In this document: piece after piece, positions 46,246 to 59,800 of the stretch
Position numbering within the stretch: the stretch's first letter is position 1
Layout: every line of letters starts with the position of its first letter
NCBI RefSeq assembly: GCF_902459465.1
Contig: NC_047063.1
Span: 15,934,001-15,998,000, forward strand
Length of the DNA: 64,000 bases
Reading direction: 5' to 3'
Source of the DNA: Asterias rubens
Taxonomy: Eukaryota
The notes under the pieces: generated by a model
The model's input: the letters and a program-made list of their open reading frames with translations, nothing else
Databases searched by the model: none
Told to the model about the DNA's origin: nothing
Position numbers and translations under genes: made by a program

Positions 46246-47611
46246 AAAAGATATTCACTACCCATGACATGCGTTAAAGATTTCTATAAGTATTTATTCC
46301 AACTGTCTCCAATGTCTGAACCAGCAGACAGACTTATAAAATGAAAATGTATTGCTATGACAAGTAAAATAAATGTCTTGCATATAAAGGCATGGATGTT
46401 TTAAGTTGAATTGTACAAAAAAAACATCATATGAAATGCATATAACAACAATCAAAACTTCTATCAGATCCTGATTTCAAAACCTTTACGACAAATACTC
46501 TCCACTTAGCTTGAATATTGTTAAAAAGCATCATCAATCTTAATTACTATGTCCACACACACCTTTAACAGAATTACGCTAAATATAAAATGTTGAAATA
46601 AACACAAATCTGTCTACAAATATACAAATTATAACTCTTTCTCAGCCCTTTCCAAAAAAATTAAATCTACAACTGATAGACTGAAACATGTTCCAAGTTG
46701 GTGACAATAACATAAATATATAAATGCAAGGGTTAAAAATAAGCATATTAAGGAATATTATTTGTGACAATATAATAATTTTTATGTACTGTATGTTATA
46801 TTTTCATGATGCATGGTCATGCCCACATAAAGATATACATTTAAGTACAACATTAATGGCTTGTGTTAGGACAATGTATGTTGAGTTTCGGACAGACAAG
46901 TTTAGCACAAAATATTACTGTCATTGGAAATGCATTCATCTTTCAGAGAGTGTCAGTTAACAAACTGATTTGCCTCGACCAGCAAAAAAAATAAAACCAC
47001 AAGACCTTGAAAGTTTCACTAATTTTAATGGAATGTTGTGATGATTTATTGTTCTGTAGTGATACAAAACAATTATTAATACTTATAATATGAAAGACAA
47101 TATTAATAAAGGTAAAAGGTAAAAAATAAAAAAATATAAAAAGTGCTGACAGTTGTACTCGGTAGGAGGTGTTTACATTTGTAAATCATTATCAATTGAA
47201 GTGCAAAACAACTACATATTAAAAAAGTAAACACCATGACAGAATGTTAATCGGTAAAATAATCACTCTATTAAGGGACCATAAATAGACTCAATATATA
47301 TTTAGCTTTTACTACACCTCCTAATAACAACGAAGGAGGAGTATTATCAGAAACATTGGATTTGAATTTGCAGCTTTTGTCTTTCTGACATTCTTGACCA
47401 AAGTAGCCAGAATTTGAAAAAATAATTCAGAATTCTAAATTTGCTGGAGAGTGAACAGCAGTCCCCGTATTCTTAACTGGGTGTCCACATGACACATAGG
47501 CTCGCCCATCAACAGGCTCTACAAACAGATTTGGGGTTATTTGTCCGGTGAAAGTATTGTTTCACTCAAATTTAGTGACAGTGTAACTTCAACAAAAGAT
47601 TAAAAAATTAC

Positions 47612-47775
47612 TGGTATCGATTTCACAAAGATAGTCCTAACTTAGGACCAGTCCTAACTTAGGACCAGTCCTAGGACGCTTTAGGAGTTATTAAAAACTT
47701 AAGGCAAGTCCTAAGTTAAGACGAGTAACTCGTCCTAGATAAGAGTGATCTTACCTCTTTGTGAAACCCATCCCT
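47612..47775. mobile_element. Family E MITE in the presumed DD3-3 3'UTR
   Basis: TCGATTTCACAAAG ... CTTTGTGAAAC with GTCCTAACTTAGGAC repeats. Confidence 0.7.
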
Positions 47776-47828
47776 GGTTTCTCTAAAGATCCCTTTAGAA
47801 CAAGACAACTGGACATTCTATTGCCACC

Positions 47829-50800
47829 TTACTTGATCATAAGTCTGCCCTTCTGACTGCGATTGCTGAAGTTATTATTGCGACTCCCCATGTAGAAATA
47901 CTCTCCCTTTGCGAATTGCATGAGTGCTCCTGGGTATGAAGCGGGTGCGTTGTTCAGTAGATTGTTCATCGTGTTCTTGTTCGCCACAGATTGAGACGCA
48001 CAGGTGGCTGCTTCCATACACCTGAAAGGGGCAAGAAATATTAGACAAATTCATTCTTAGAAAGACACAAACTCTCATGCTGCGGTGTAGTAAGGACTTT
48101 TCAGGTGGTGGTGCGAGGGGACAGCCCCACCCCCTTGGCGTTACCACTGCTGTTATGTCTGTGTCCAGATTACACAAACAAAATGATTTCCAATAAACTG
48201 AAAGCTAAACCTCAAATACAATAATAGGTCACATGCGAGTTACATTTGAATAAAATCTGGTACAACGACTTGTTTTATAGTCACAAGTTACAGCTATCAA
48301 TTGAATTCCTCAGACTATTATAGAGACAGTTGCTATGTCAAATGGTTTAGGGCAATCTTTTGTATAGTAAGCTCTAAATAAGCAGAAGCCTGGTACTACT
48401 GTTCCATACACATTCCTTCAAAATCGTGTATGGGTGTTTGGCTTCTCTTGTAATGTAGCAGTCTGAAGAATTCAACTTCAAGTGGTAACTTGTGATCAGG
48501 CAAGTCATGTACCAGACATTATTCGCAAATGGATTATTGCATCCCAATTCAGTTATGAAAAGAAACAAAACTTCATTCCTGTGGTTGAATGATGGGAAAT
48601 GAAGCTAGTTACAAAAATTATACCAAAAGGGGAAAAATTACCAGGTATAATAACTCCAGGTGTCAGGATCTGGAAACAGGGTATACAAATTTGAAAATTG
48701 GGGCCCAAAATTTGTCATTTAGAGTTCAATTAGACAATGTCTAAATTTGTGACTACAGCTCTGGCTGTTGCTATGGACACCTTATGCTCAATGCACACTC
48801 GCTTGATGATCATTCCACAGTAGCAGCCATTAAAGGAACATGTTGCCTTGGATCGGTCGAGTTGGTCTTTGAAAAGCGTTTGTAACCGTTTGTTAAAAAA
48901 TGCATATGGTTAGAAAGATGTGTTAAAAGTAGAACACAATCATCCATACACATTTGCCTTGAAATTGCGTGGTTTTCCTTTTACTTTGCGAACTAACACA
49001 GTCGGCCATTTATGGGAGTCAAAAATTTGACTCCCATTAATGACCGACCGTGTTTGTCAACGAGGTAAAAGGAAAACCACGCAATTTCGAGTGACACTTG
49101 TGTGGATCATTATATTCTACTTTTAAAACATCTTTCTAATCATATGCATTTTATAACAAACGGTTACAAACGCTTTTCAAAAACAACTCGACCGATCCAA
49201 GGCATCGTGTTCCTTTAACATAGACATGGCTTCATAATCCTGACCCATACAAACAAATCTACACATAAAAACAACAACAACAATACCAAACAAACACCCA
49301 GAGACCCATTCAGAAAAAAACCCACAATTATTTGAGTTTGATTTTTAACCTACTGGTAGAATCCCGAGCTTGCTATGTTGACTGCCAAGTCCTTAGGTGT
49401 AATGTTAGGGGTATCCTGGAAGTAAATCCATTTCACTGTAGCATCGGTCCACATCGTACTCTGCTCAAAAGGCATCGGATAGTTATCAAGCTGATTCAAC
49501 ATCTGCACAATGTTAGTCCGGTCAGTGCCTGCATATATACAGAGAGAGAATAACTTGATTTTAGGGTCAGCCTTTTGGCAGTACAAGACTAAAACAGGAC
49601 ATTCAAAAGAGAAAGGCAATGTATGAATAGTTAGCTCAGGCTATGCTGTGGCTATTAGTGATTGCTAAAGGTGTTGCTATAGGTAATGCTTTTACCCGTT
49701 AGAGACAATTCATTTCTGTATAAACATCACAAAACAAACAGACAGTGGTAATATTTTTCATTTCTTTACTCACTTTTTTTTTCAGTAAAATGTCACTAAT
49801 AATAACATGAAACAGAAAATTCAGTTTTGTGTTCAGATATTGGGATACATTGATAGCAATCTTATTTGGGAAGTTTCATATCCAGACATGAAGTTTCATA
49901 TCCAGACATGAAGTTTCATATCCAGACATGACCTTTTGATCTCTTAATATGAGTGGAAGTAGGTCAAATTTTGCGGCCGTTTGTGGCATTTGGGTACAAG
50001 CTGCTTGTGGCCGCTACAAGTGTGATTTCTAAAGGGTTAATCCACATGCAAATAATAGGGCGGTCAGCTTGGGGTAGTGTTGTCTTGCCTCGCATTCCAT
50101 CTCTAGGACCCCTGTTCGAATCCCACCGGGGCACTATGTGGATTGTGCTTTAACGTCCCTACCTGACTACAAGGGTTTTCCCTGGACTAGTTCTCGGGGT
50201 GTCCTGCCACATCTAAAACTTAAACTTCTTCAGTGTCTTCTACATTTAGGCTCTTGACTAGTGCATCTACATTGATAAATTTTGTTTTTCTAAGAGTCCT
50301 GCCGTCGATTTCACACAACTCTTCCTAACTTAGGATTAGTCTTGGGACTAAGGACGAGTTAAGTTCCATATCAATAGATGTTAGGACGCATTGAACTCGT
50401 TCTAAATTAGGACGGGTTACTCATCCTAAATCAGGATAGGATTAATCCATAGAAACATAACCCGGAGAACACCGAGTGTGTCATTGTGTGTCCGTTTTCA
50501 TTGTATGACCATTTTAAGGATGCGCGTACGATTTCTTTTTTACACGTGTATGGCAAAATATTTTGCCATTTTGCCATACAGTAGACAACACATAAGACAT
50601 CACATTGGCCAATGAAAACACTAGAAACGGTTTATCTGCGATGTCGTCTTGCCATTATGCCATAAACGTGGTCACGTGATGCTCATTTTGCCATACACAC
50701 GTCTCGTGTGATGATCATTTGCCATCACAGAGGGCGGCACAGCTCAGCGTTCTCCGGGTTCTATTTCTATGGATTAATCCCAGCGTTTCGTAATATCAGC

Positions 50801-53800
50801 TCCTGGGCTTCACAACCAGAAATGCAAATAGACGTCTTACCTCCTCTTCCTTCTCCTGCATCACCAGTCTGACCGTCACCTCCTGGTGCTTGATTATTGT
50901 GGGTATTGGATCCTGCAATCAAATCAAATTAAATGGGACTCATTATCAACATCCTAGGACGATAACAGAGATGCTCAATTCCTTCATGATTTGCCATCAG
51001 AAATCCACCATAAACCAAATGTGCAAAATAAAACTACCTAGCACATAAATTACTATACTTTGTATAAAGTATTGTTAAGTTTTCCATTGCCATAAAAAAA
51101 AAAGGAAATAAAGGAATGTGCCTGATTTTAATCGCTTTACTGCAATTGTGTATTAAAGGCACTGGACACGTTTAGTAAAATCTCAAAGGCCAGGATGCTC
51201 ACTTTGTGTATCCCAACATATGCATAAAATCTTTAAAAACTTAGAGAAAATTTTGGTTCAATAGGAGACTTTCCAACACTAGGTGGCAGCAGACATACCG
51301 GGTAAATTTCCATTGTTTACGTAGTTCTGAACATGCGCATAATTCTGAGAACAATGGATTTACCCGGTAAGTCTGCTGCCCTCTATCGTCCCAGAAAGTC
51401 TCCCATTGGTCATGAAAGTTGCAAGAAAATATTGCACGGAAATACACCCTTGTTGCAAAAATGTGTACATGCTTTCAGATGTGTTCGAAGTGCTTCGGGC
51501 CTGAAGTCTTTCTCAGATTCAAATATTTGAGTGAGAAATTACGTCTTTCTCAAAAAACTACATCACTTCAACAGCTCTTCATTGCTTTATGCCAAGTGTT
51601 TATGCTAAACATTTTTAGTTAAACTCAAAGTGTCCAGTGCCTTTAAACTCACCTGTCCACTGAAGGTGCACCAGATCACCAGCATTAATCTCCAAATTTT
51701 TGGGGATGAAGTCGTATTCTACTGCTGGAAACGTCTGCACAATGTTACCTCGCTTCCCCCGGACATTCAAATTGAAGATCTTGGCTGCATTCACATCTGT
51801 GAGTATCAAAGTGTATGAAACTGGGTTTATCACTCTTGAAACTAATGACAATCAAAACTATTGATGAGAAGCCTACAGCAGCATTCGATAGTATAAAGCA
51901 GTTTGAGAAACATTCAACTTTGAATTCAAACAAGCGAATGGTTCCAAAAAACAAAGGTATTACATTTAAGACTTCGGTGCAGTGAAAAAATTCAGTATAG
52001 ATTACACACATCCACTGCTATGTATGCAAAGTCAGTATGCTGGTGTTGTGGACGAATGCTGTCAAACATCGCAGCCCAAAGCAGCCCTTTAATTGATTCG
52101 GTTTTTGTTTAAGCCAGTTCGACAAAAAACATGGCTTAAAGACACTCTTGGTGAGGGCTACAAGAAAAAAACATGTCTAAATATTATTAGTACTTAGTTT
52201 TTGTATAGCGCTTTATCACACCCGATGGACGTATCACACCCGATGAAGCGCTCAGTATTTTTTCCTGCAAAGTATGCAGAGCTACGTTTTGAAGTATATA
52301 TGACACCTATTCCTTTACAAAGAGCCATGTAATGGTTTACAAGGTGCTATGGCACAATGTGCTACCAGTCAAACCAGGAACACCGAGGCGAACCCCTGCG
52401 CTTTATGTTAAGTACACTGGGTTCTTTTAAGGCATTACACAACACAAGTGTTTATGACCGGGACTCAAACCCACACTCTAGTGATCAGAAACGCCAGAGC
52501 TAGTGATCAGGAACGCCAGAGCTTGAGTCCTTCATTCTAATCTGCTTGGCCACGAAACACCATTAAAGATAAAGATAACTCAGGGGAGCTGAAGGTAGGA
52601 ATTGTTATTTCTCTTAAATCTAAGTCCATAGCAGCACAGAGCTACAGTGTACCAACATTGAAATACAGGGATGAATTTCATCACACTGTGATGCTCAGCT
52701 ATGAGAAAATGTCACTCAGCAGTAATGGCTTACACCGGCCAAAATACCATGTCATTAAAACTGATCTGAACTGGTACACCACTATTTTTTCTTCACAAAC
52801 GGTTTAGCTTAGCATTATTTCCTGCTTAAAAAAATTAAGCTGACCGAGTCCTAACTAGGGAAGAGAGAGACATCAAACTTCGTACTAACCATCACCAGCT
52901 GGGCGTGGCATCATGATCAGAGCATGGGAACGATCCTGGAAGGTGCGACCAAACTGGGCTGTATTGATGGCTAGACGAAGGGCCAGACGATCAGCGCCGA
53001 TATCAACATAGGGATTCTGCTGAACAGGGGAGATGACACCTCCATTCCTGAAATGGATATTAAAAATAATATTAATAGTAAAAATAACAATAATAATAAT
53101 AATAACCTGTTTTTATAAAGCGCTTTTCACGCCCGGGGGTGTCTCAAAGCGCTTCCCGACATTATTAACCCTGGTCACTGGGCCTTAAATCATTCCTCAA
53201 ACCGTCTCAGCTCTCTGGGGAGTATACAGCCTGTGTGCAATATATGCGCTACTCGGCTAAACCAATCACAAGAACCATCTCTGCCCTCACAGGTACCCAT
53301 TTACCCCTGGGTGGAGAGAAGCGATTACAGTAAAGTGTCTTGCTCAGAGACACAAGTGTCACGACCGGGGTTCGCACCCAGTGATATAGTACATCAAAGT
53401 AATCAATCAAGTTAAAGGTAGGGTCATCGTTTCATTTTTGTCAGCGACAATAAAAGTCACATGCAAAAGTCTCAGCTGCATACAGTGTCTACTTTAGTGA
53501 TGAATGAAGCTTGGCACGGTGTGATGTACATGTGTATAACAAGATTCACTATAAGTAATAGTAAACTTGCGGGTAGAACCATGTACTGAATCTCCTTCGA
53601 GGGAGTGGTGGCTTTCTACTGAAGGTGAGCAGAGTATGTTTTTTCAAAACTTCAAGACCAAACCTGATCTCTTCAGAGCCACCACTTCCTCAGAAGAGAT
53701 TTAAAACATGGTTGTTACCTGCAAATTATTATTTATAGTTTATTCTTACATTGTCTACTTGATAAGAAAACCGCAGATTCTTTCACAATATTTTCATGAG

Positions 53801-56800
53801 AGTGTCGGATCCAATCACTTTATCAAAGTGAGAGCCGGATACCAACCCCATTCCCCATCTCTGTCAGCAACATTCCCGAATGGACACCAACCCTAAGAAA
53901 TCTAAGATCGAGTCACGCTCGAAGCAGTTCTCAGATTCAAAATTGTCAATGAACTCTTATTGTTTTTTCAAGAAGCGGTACTTTTCAGTACAACTTTTCA
54001 CAGGATTCTTTCTACCGTTACCATCTTCATGACAATTAGGCTTCAGAATAAAAATTGCACAATTTTCTTTTTGAAATTGTTACCAAAGTTTGACCCAATC
54101 TTTAAAAGTTATGCCTCAAAATAGATATATGGATGAAACACAATGAGTATATTCTTCAAAACATAACCAAGTGTTGTAAAAAACATACTTTATCTTAAAA
54201 ATTACAAACGAATCAATAATAAATCAGTATTGTCCATATAGGAGAACCTTTTAAAAGAATTAAAGAAAACTACTCAAATATTTCATTCAACAATTTTTCT
54301 TCTTGAAAATAATGTAATTAAATTTGGGGTTGAAAAAAAAACACATATTACTAGGGTATACACAGAAAATGCAGAAAATCTACGTACACGTCTTGGTTTT
54401 GGGCAGCATCTGTAGTGATTGGATCATAGTCATCTGTGGTGATGTTGTATCTGTAATGAATCACAATTTCAAAAAAATATACATTTATATACTATAGCGA
54501 TTTGAATTGAGGCAAGCCTCTGCACAGATCATCATTGGGGGCCTTCATTTTACAAATAAAAAATGAGGAAAATCTAGAACATGTACATCTAAAACATGTA
54601 AAAAAAAAAAAAAAAAAAAAACTACAGCAACCCTAAAGGAAAGATTAAAGCAAAAGAGTAAAAAACAAACTCCTCAGAAGGGAAATTGTTCTTTGCTAAC
54701 AACTTTTGAAATGAAATTTTAACAGGTTAGTTTTATGGTATATACATGTAGCTAACTACACAGGATTGAAACAAACAGTAAGTTCCAATAGACCGATCCA
54801 TTAAGGTCCGCCCCATTGCGTATTGACCAATCACAACCCATTGCGCAACCAAAAGTCCTACAAAATAAGGTCCGACATGCGTGTGCGTATGCTTGGCGCG
54901 CGCGACAGAGTTGTGCAGAATGGCATTGAAGTGGCTCTTGTGTTCTTGCTCACACGTGCGCCGTGGGCGGAGGAGCCTAATGGATCGGTCTATTACCAAA
55001 CATACACAATCCCTTTAAGAGAATTTGACAGCTTTATTTCAACTACAATTACCTAAGTCGTGTAACGCATCTTTGTGTGTTTCCAGATGGGAAGTACGGC
55101 ATAGTCCATTCATACTGACTGGCTTCTCCGCCCCTTGTATTCCCCAGGTGATTAACCCTGGTCCATGGGGCCGGCTGACAATCTGGAGGATCTAAAGCTA
55201 CTAGGCATTGCTCTGTCATCTCTCCTTCGGGACGACCCCATACGTAGCGTACACCATCAGTACCAGATCTTGCTGTACAAGCTGCAGCAGTATTGTATTC
55301 TGATGTGGGATCAAAGAAATTGTTTCTGGGATTTGGGTACTATTTTGTGGACGCAAAACACAATGTCCACTGATTTTAATACATTAAATTAACACGATTT
55401 GAAGATAATGATGGTAGAAAGCTTCCCTTAAAATATTACTTGCTGAGGTGCTGTAGTTTTTATCTACTATCATTATCTTCAAAATGTGCAAGTATAATCT
55501 GTAAAAAGTGAATCTGCGGACATTTTGTTTTGTGTAACAAAAAGTACCCAGACCCTTTAATACAGGCATAATATTTGGTCCCCAGAAAAAAAGTAGGACA
55601 ACTTGACTTAGTACATGCCTGGTGTAGACTTGCCGCTTAAATAGTATTTTATAGGCTATTTAATCAAAGTTTTTCAGATTTTGTCAATGGCAATAAAAAT
55701 TGTAAATCAGACTAAAGTAGGAAGAATAATATCATGCCAGTTTTAGATGGGGATTACAATTCTAATACAGGCCTGATAATGATACATGATCCTTGGAAAG
55801 ACGAGGGAAAGACGAAGGGTTGACCTACACACATGTACTTGTTCATATGGTGCAGGGTTTACTAGACTTTGCAGCAGGCTATTCAATCACACATTGCTTC
55901 AAAATTGGCATGCCATGGTGGGCAGTTGCTTAGTGTATGGGCTCAAGAAATAACTCTTAAATATTTGCGCATCAATCCTTTCTGGTCATGCACTTTTCAA
56001 ATGATGGTAGTAAATACTTACGTGGCGCTTTCTCTAGATAGTTGGTGAAGGCCAACCACTGGCCGCCATTTTCCGTGCACTCTGCCTCATTGTTCCATCG
56101 AGACCAGTGCTTGCGGTCACCAGTGTTACCATTGCCATAGGTTTCCACACATTCATGTTTCTGCATTACGTTGTAACTTTCTGACTGGTAAAACCTAGAA
56201 GTTGATTAAAAAAATACATTTTCAAAGCGATGACACACAATGAAAACATAGCACACCAGTAGGATCATATCTATTACTATTATTATTATTAATAATAAAA
56301 AATAATAATGATATCTGATTCAAAGGCCCTTGGGTAGATTATACAAAGAGGTATGACTAGTCCTAGGCTAGCTTTTGGTAGTTACACGCTTTGTAAATAC
56401 TCAAAATATAAATTAGAATAAAAAGTTACTTGGTAACGAGCAACAGAGAGCTGTTGGTAGTATACAACATTGTGAGAAACAACTCCTTCTACTAGAGTAA
56501 TGTAGTTTTTGAAACAAAAGGTAACTTCTCACACTCAAATATTTGAATCTACTAAAGACTTCAGGCCTGAAGCCATTTTCGGGCATCTGAAAGAACACAA
56601 ATTTGTGCAACAAGGGTGGCTTTTCTTTCATTTTTTTCTTGCATCTTCAATGACAAATTGAGCCAAATTCTTCACAGATTTTAAATTTTATTCATTTAAT
56701 GTTGGAATACACCAAGCTTTCTAGAATACTGGTCTTTGACAATTACCAACGTGTCAAGTGCCTTTCTTGATTCAGGTCAAATACTACTTAGTGTGACCCA

Positions 56801-59800
56801 AATGTATAACATCACTCACTCGCACAAGCTTGTGTTGCTGACGAGAATAGCCATGTCTTTCCAGGGGGAGGGGTGCCAGTAAGGGTAATAGTCTCTCTCT
56901 TCTGGACACTCATAGCCACGTCTGTTGCCGTTGGGATTCTGCCGGGTGTAAATTGCCGAGCTGTATCCATTACCGTTATTGGTTTTCAGCTTCTGGTCAG
57001 CAGTGAACAACCCTGGAAAGTAAACAGCAAGTTTATTAAACTTATAAATACTCGTGGTCAACAAAACATTTATGTGGATAAGTAGAAAAGTGAATCAAGC
57101 CTGATACTTCATGGGACAATGAAGGCGATTGCCTCCATGCCCCTTGGTCATAAAATCTAAGAATAATAAGTATCTTACCAGCATTACGTTCCCTGTTGTA
57201 GCATTTATCATACCAGTCCCATTTTTCATGCAATCCACGGTCTTCTCTGACGTTGTTGTTCTTGCGATTATTGGCAGCGTTCTGGTTCTCGTTCAGATTG
57301 TTGATCCTGGTGTGAGCCTGGGTATTGGTTGTGCGGCCATTACGGATTGTGTCATCATCACCTGGGTATAGGATGCACAAACAATTAATATCAAAATTTG
57401 ACAGATTGTCTCATGTGGAAGATCATTCAATTCGGTCAAATAGTTTTGTTTAAAGGGGTGGGGTACTTTTTGTTTGACACAAAACACAAAGTCAACAGAT
57501 TTTTATCAAACTTACACCGGTTGAAGATAATGGTGATAAAAACGCTTCCCCTAAAATATAACTTGCTGAGGTGCTGTAGTTTTTGAGAAATTAGTAAAAC
57601 AATGTCTACAAAATAATATATTGTCTGAGGAGATGAATACTAGTTTAGCATTCAAAATTTGCATGTTAATTCATAATGTCAGAATGAAGCAGCCTTCAAG
57701 CTGTTTTGAAATGAACCCTTTTATCACTGTAGATGACTATTCTTCTTTTAGTAAGGGCCTATAAGATCACAGAGCTGCTTAAAAGCCCGATGTTGGGCCC
57801 GGGTTCTTACCTGTAGCAGTGGCAGCGTCTTCTTGACACATGTACTGCAACACAATGTTACAATTGAGTTTATGCGGGTCGGTGTTCTCATCTCCACCGC
57901 AGCCGTGCTGGTTGGTCCACTCCATGGTCATAAGGCTCTGACCCTGTCCGGTCAGTTCACCGTTTGCCGTCATTGTCTTGTAGGCCGCACTGGAAAAATA
58001 TTTCTGAGAGTGGGAGCACAGGTGAGATGATTTACTTGTATAAACTGATTAAAAGAGGATAAATGTCATGCAAAGTGGATTCTTTAATATTTAGGCTATA
58101 CAATCAAATACATTGAGGGTGAACAGTCGAAGTCAACCTCACCACCAACCCCCCCCCCCCCCCCCCCAGGTATCAGAGCTTGACAAAACAGTTTCGTAGG
58201 GGAAGCCAAGGGAACTAGTTTGCAAATACCGAGGGAGTTAATATTGATTGTCCATCCAAATTAAACCATGTTCATTACGATTGTTTTACAAAATACCTCA
58301 TTTCTAGTTTGGCACCATTAAGCTTGGGAAAAGGCAGGTTGACATGTGTGCTACCATCTTTCCATGCGTATTCTGCATGCTGTGCAACAGTTCAAAGATT
58401 GCTTCATATAAAGCAGTAGGCATATAAGACGATAGTTTACTACGCATTCATGTTTACCCTGCGCATGACTGTTGCCCATGCAATAGTCTACTCATGTTAA
58501 TGCATATTGAGTGAATACTGGTGTGCATGCTTGAACAGCCAAAACAGCATAATGGCACTTGATGGTGAACGGACCAGTGAGAATTCGACTCGCAATCAGG
58601 CATATGAGGTACAGCAATATTTACTAAGACATTATGGAGATTAGAGCATGCCAGATATTACGATGTAAGTACATTTTAATCAGAGATAGATTTGTTTTTT
58701 TGTGTTTTTTTTTTCATTGGTAGAGTCCATTGGGCTGTGTGGTACTTGGGTGGGGGGGGGGGGGGGGGGGTAATGGTAATACTCACCATCCTGTACTGCT
58801 GGTCCTCACTGTTGGAAGGATTTTCAGTTGAATCTCCCACATTGTAACCACCTCTGTTGTTATTCTGAGAATAAAAAAAAAATATATAAAAACTGATACA
58901 AAAATTTGCGTCCCCTTTTTGCGAATCCTTTTGAAGGCAAGTTTTTGTCAATTTCTGACAATTGTATTTGACATGTCTATAAATATACCATAGGTCTAAC
59001 TGTCACTGATCGATTTACACACACACTAACCCACCAAAATGTAATTAAATAAATAATGCTATTCTGCGCACTAAAAAACAAGGGAACAAAGAATATTGTT
59101 AATCCTTTCGTTTGGTTGAAAGATTTAAAAGCATAATTTTTATGGAGTGAGGATAACATGGCAATGTAATTTACAATAAAAATATTAGCATACATGAAGT
59201 AGGGCCTGTAACAAAAGCTATAAAAAAAAACATGTTACTTTATACATTAAGGTTGAGGACAAGTTGTTGAATAATGTTTAACAGTGAGAAAAAAAAGTTG
59301 CTTTGTTTTCAACTTTAATTTATATTATGGGTTCGACAATTGTCATCTCCATTATTAATATAAACAATTAAATAAGGAAACCTAAAATGTTGCTTTGTTT
59401 TCAACTTTAATGATTTATGGGTTCACCAATTGTAATCTCCATTATTAATCTAAACAAAGAAGGAAACCTTTAGACAGTAGATTCAAATGGCACAAGGTAG
59501 TTCAACAAGCCAACAAACAAGTGCATCTCATCTCTATTTCCTTATATTCCAACACACAGAGATAACAACAAGAAGTGAATCTAGTCTCATCTATTTCCTT
59601 ATTCCAAGACACAGTGTGATAGCAATGTCAACAAAGTGAATCTACAGCAATCTATTTCCTTATTCTTAGACACAGTGCCCAATGCAGGTCGTTGTTCTTC
59701 CTCAATGGGGTACATGATAATCCTACTTGGGGGAAATATGGCATCACCTGTTGTTGTACATCAGGTTTTAAATAGCCTTTAAACACCCCTTATTGTATGT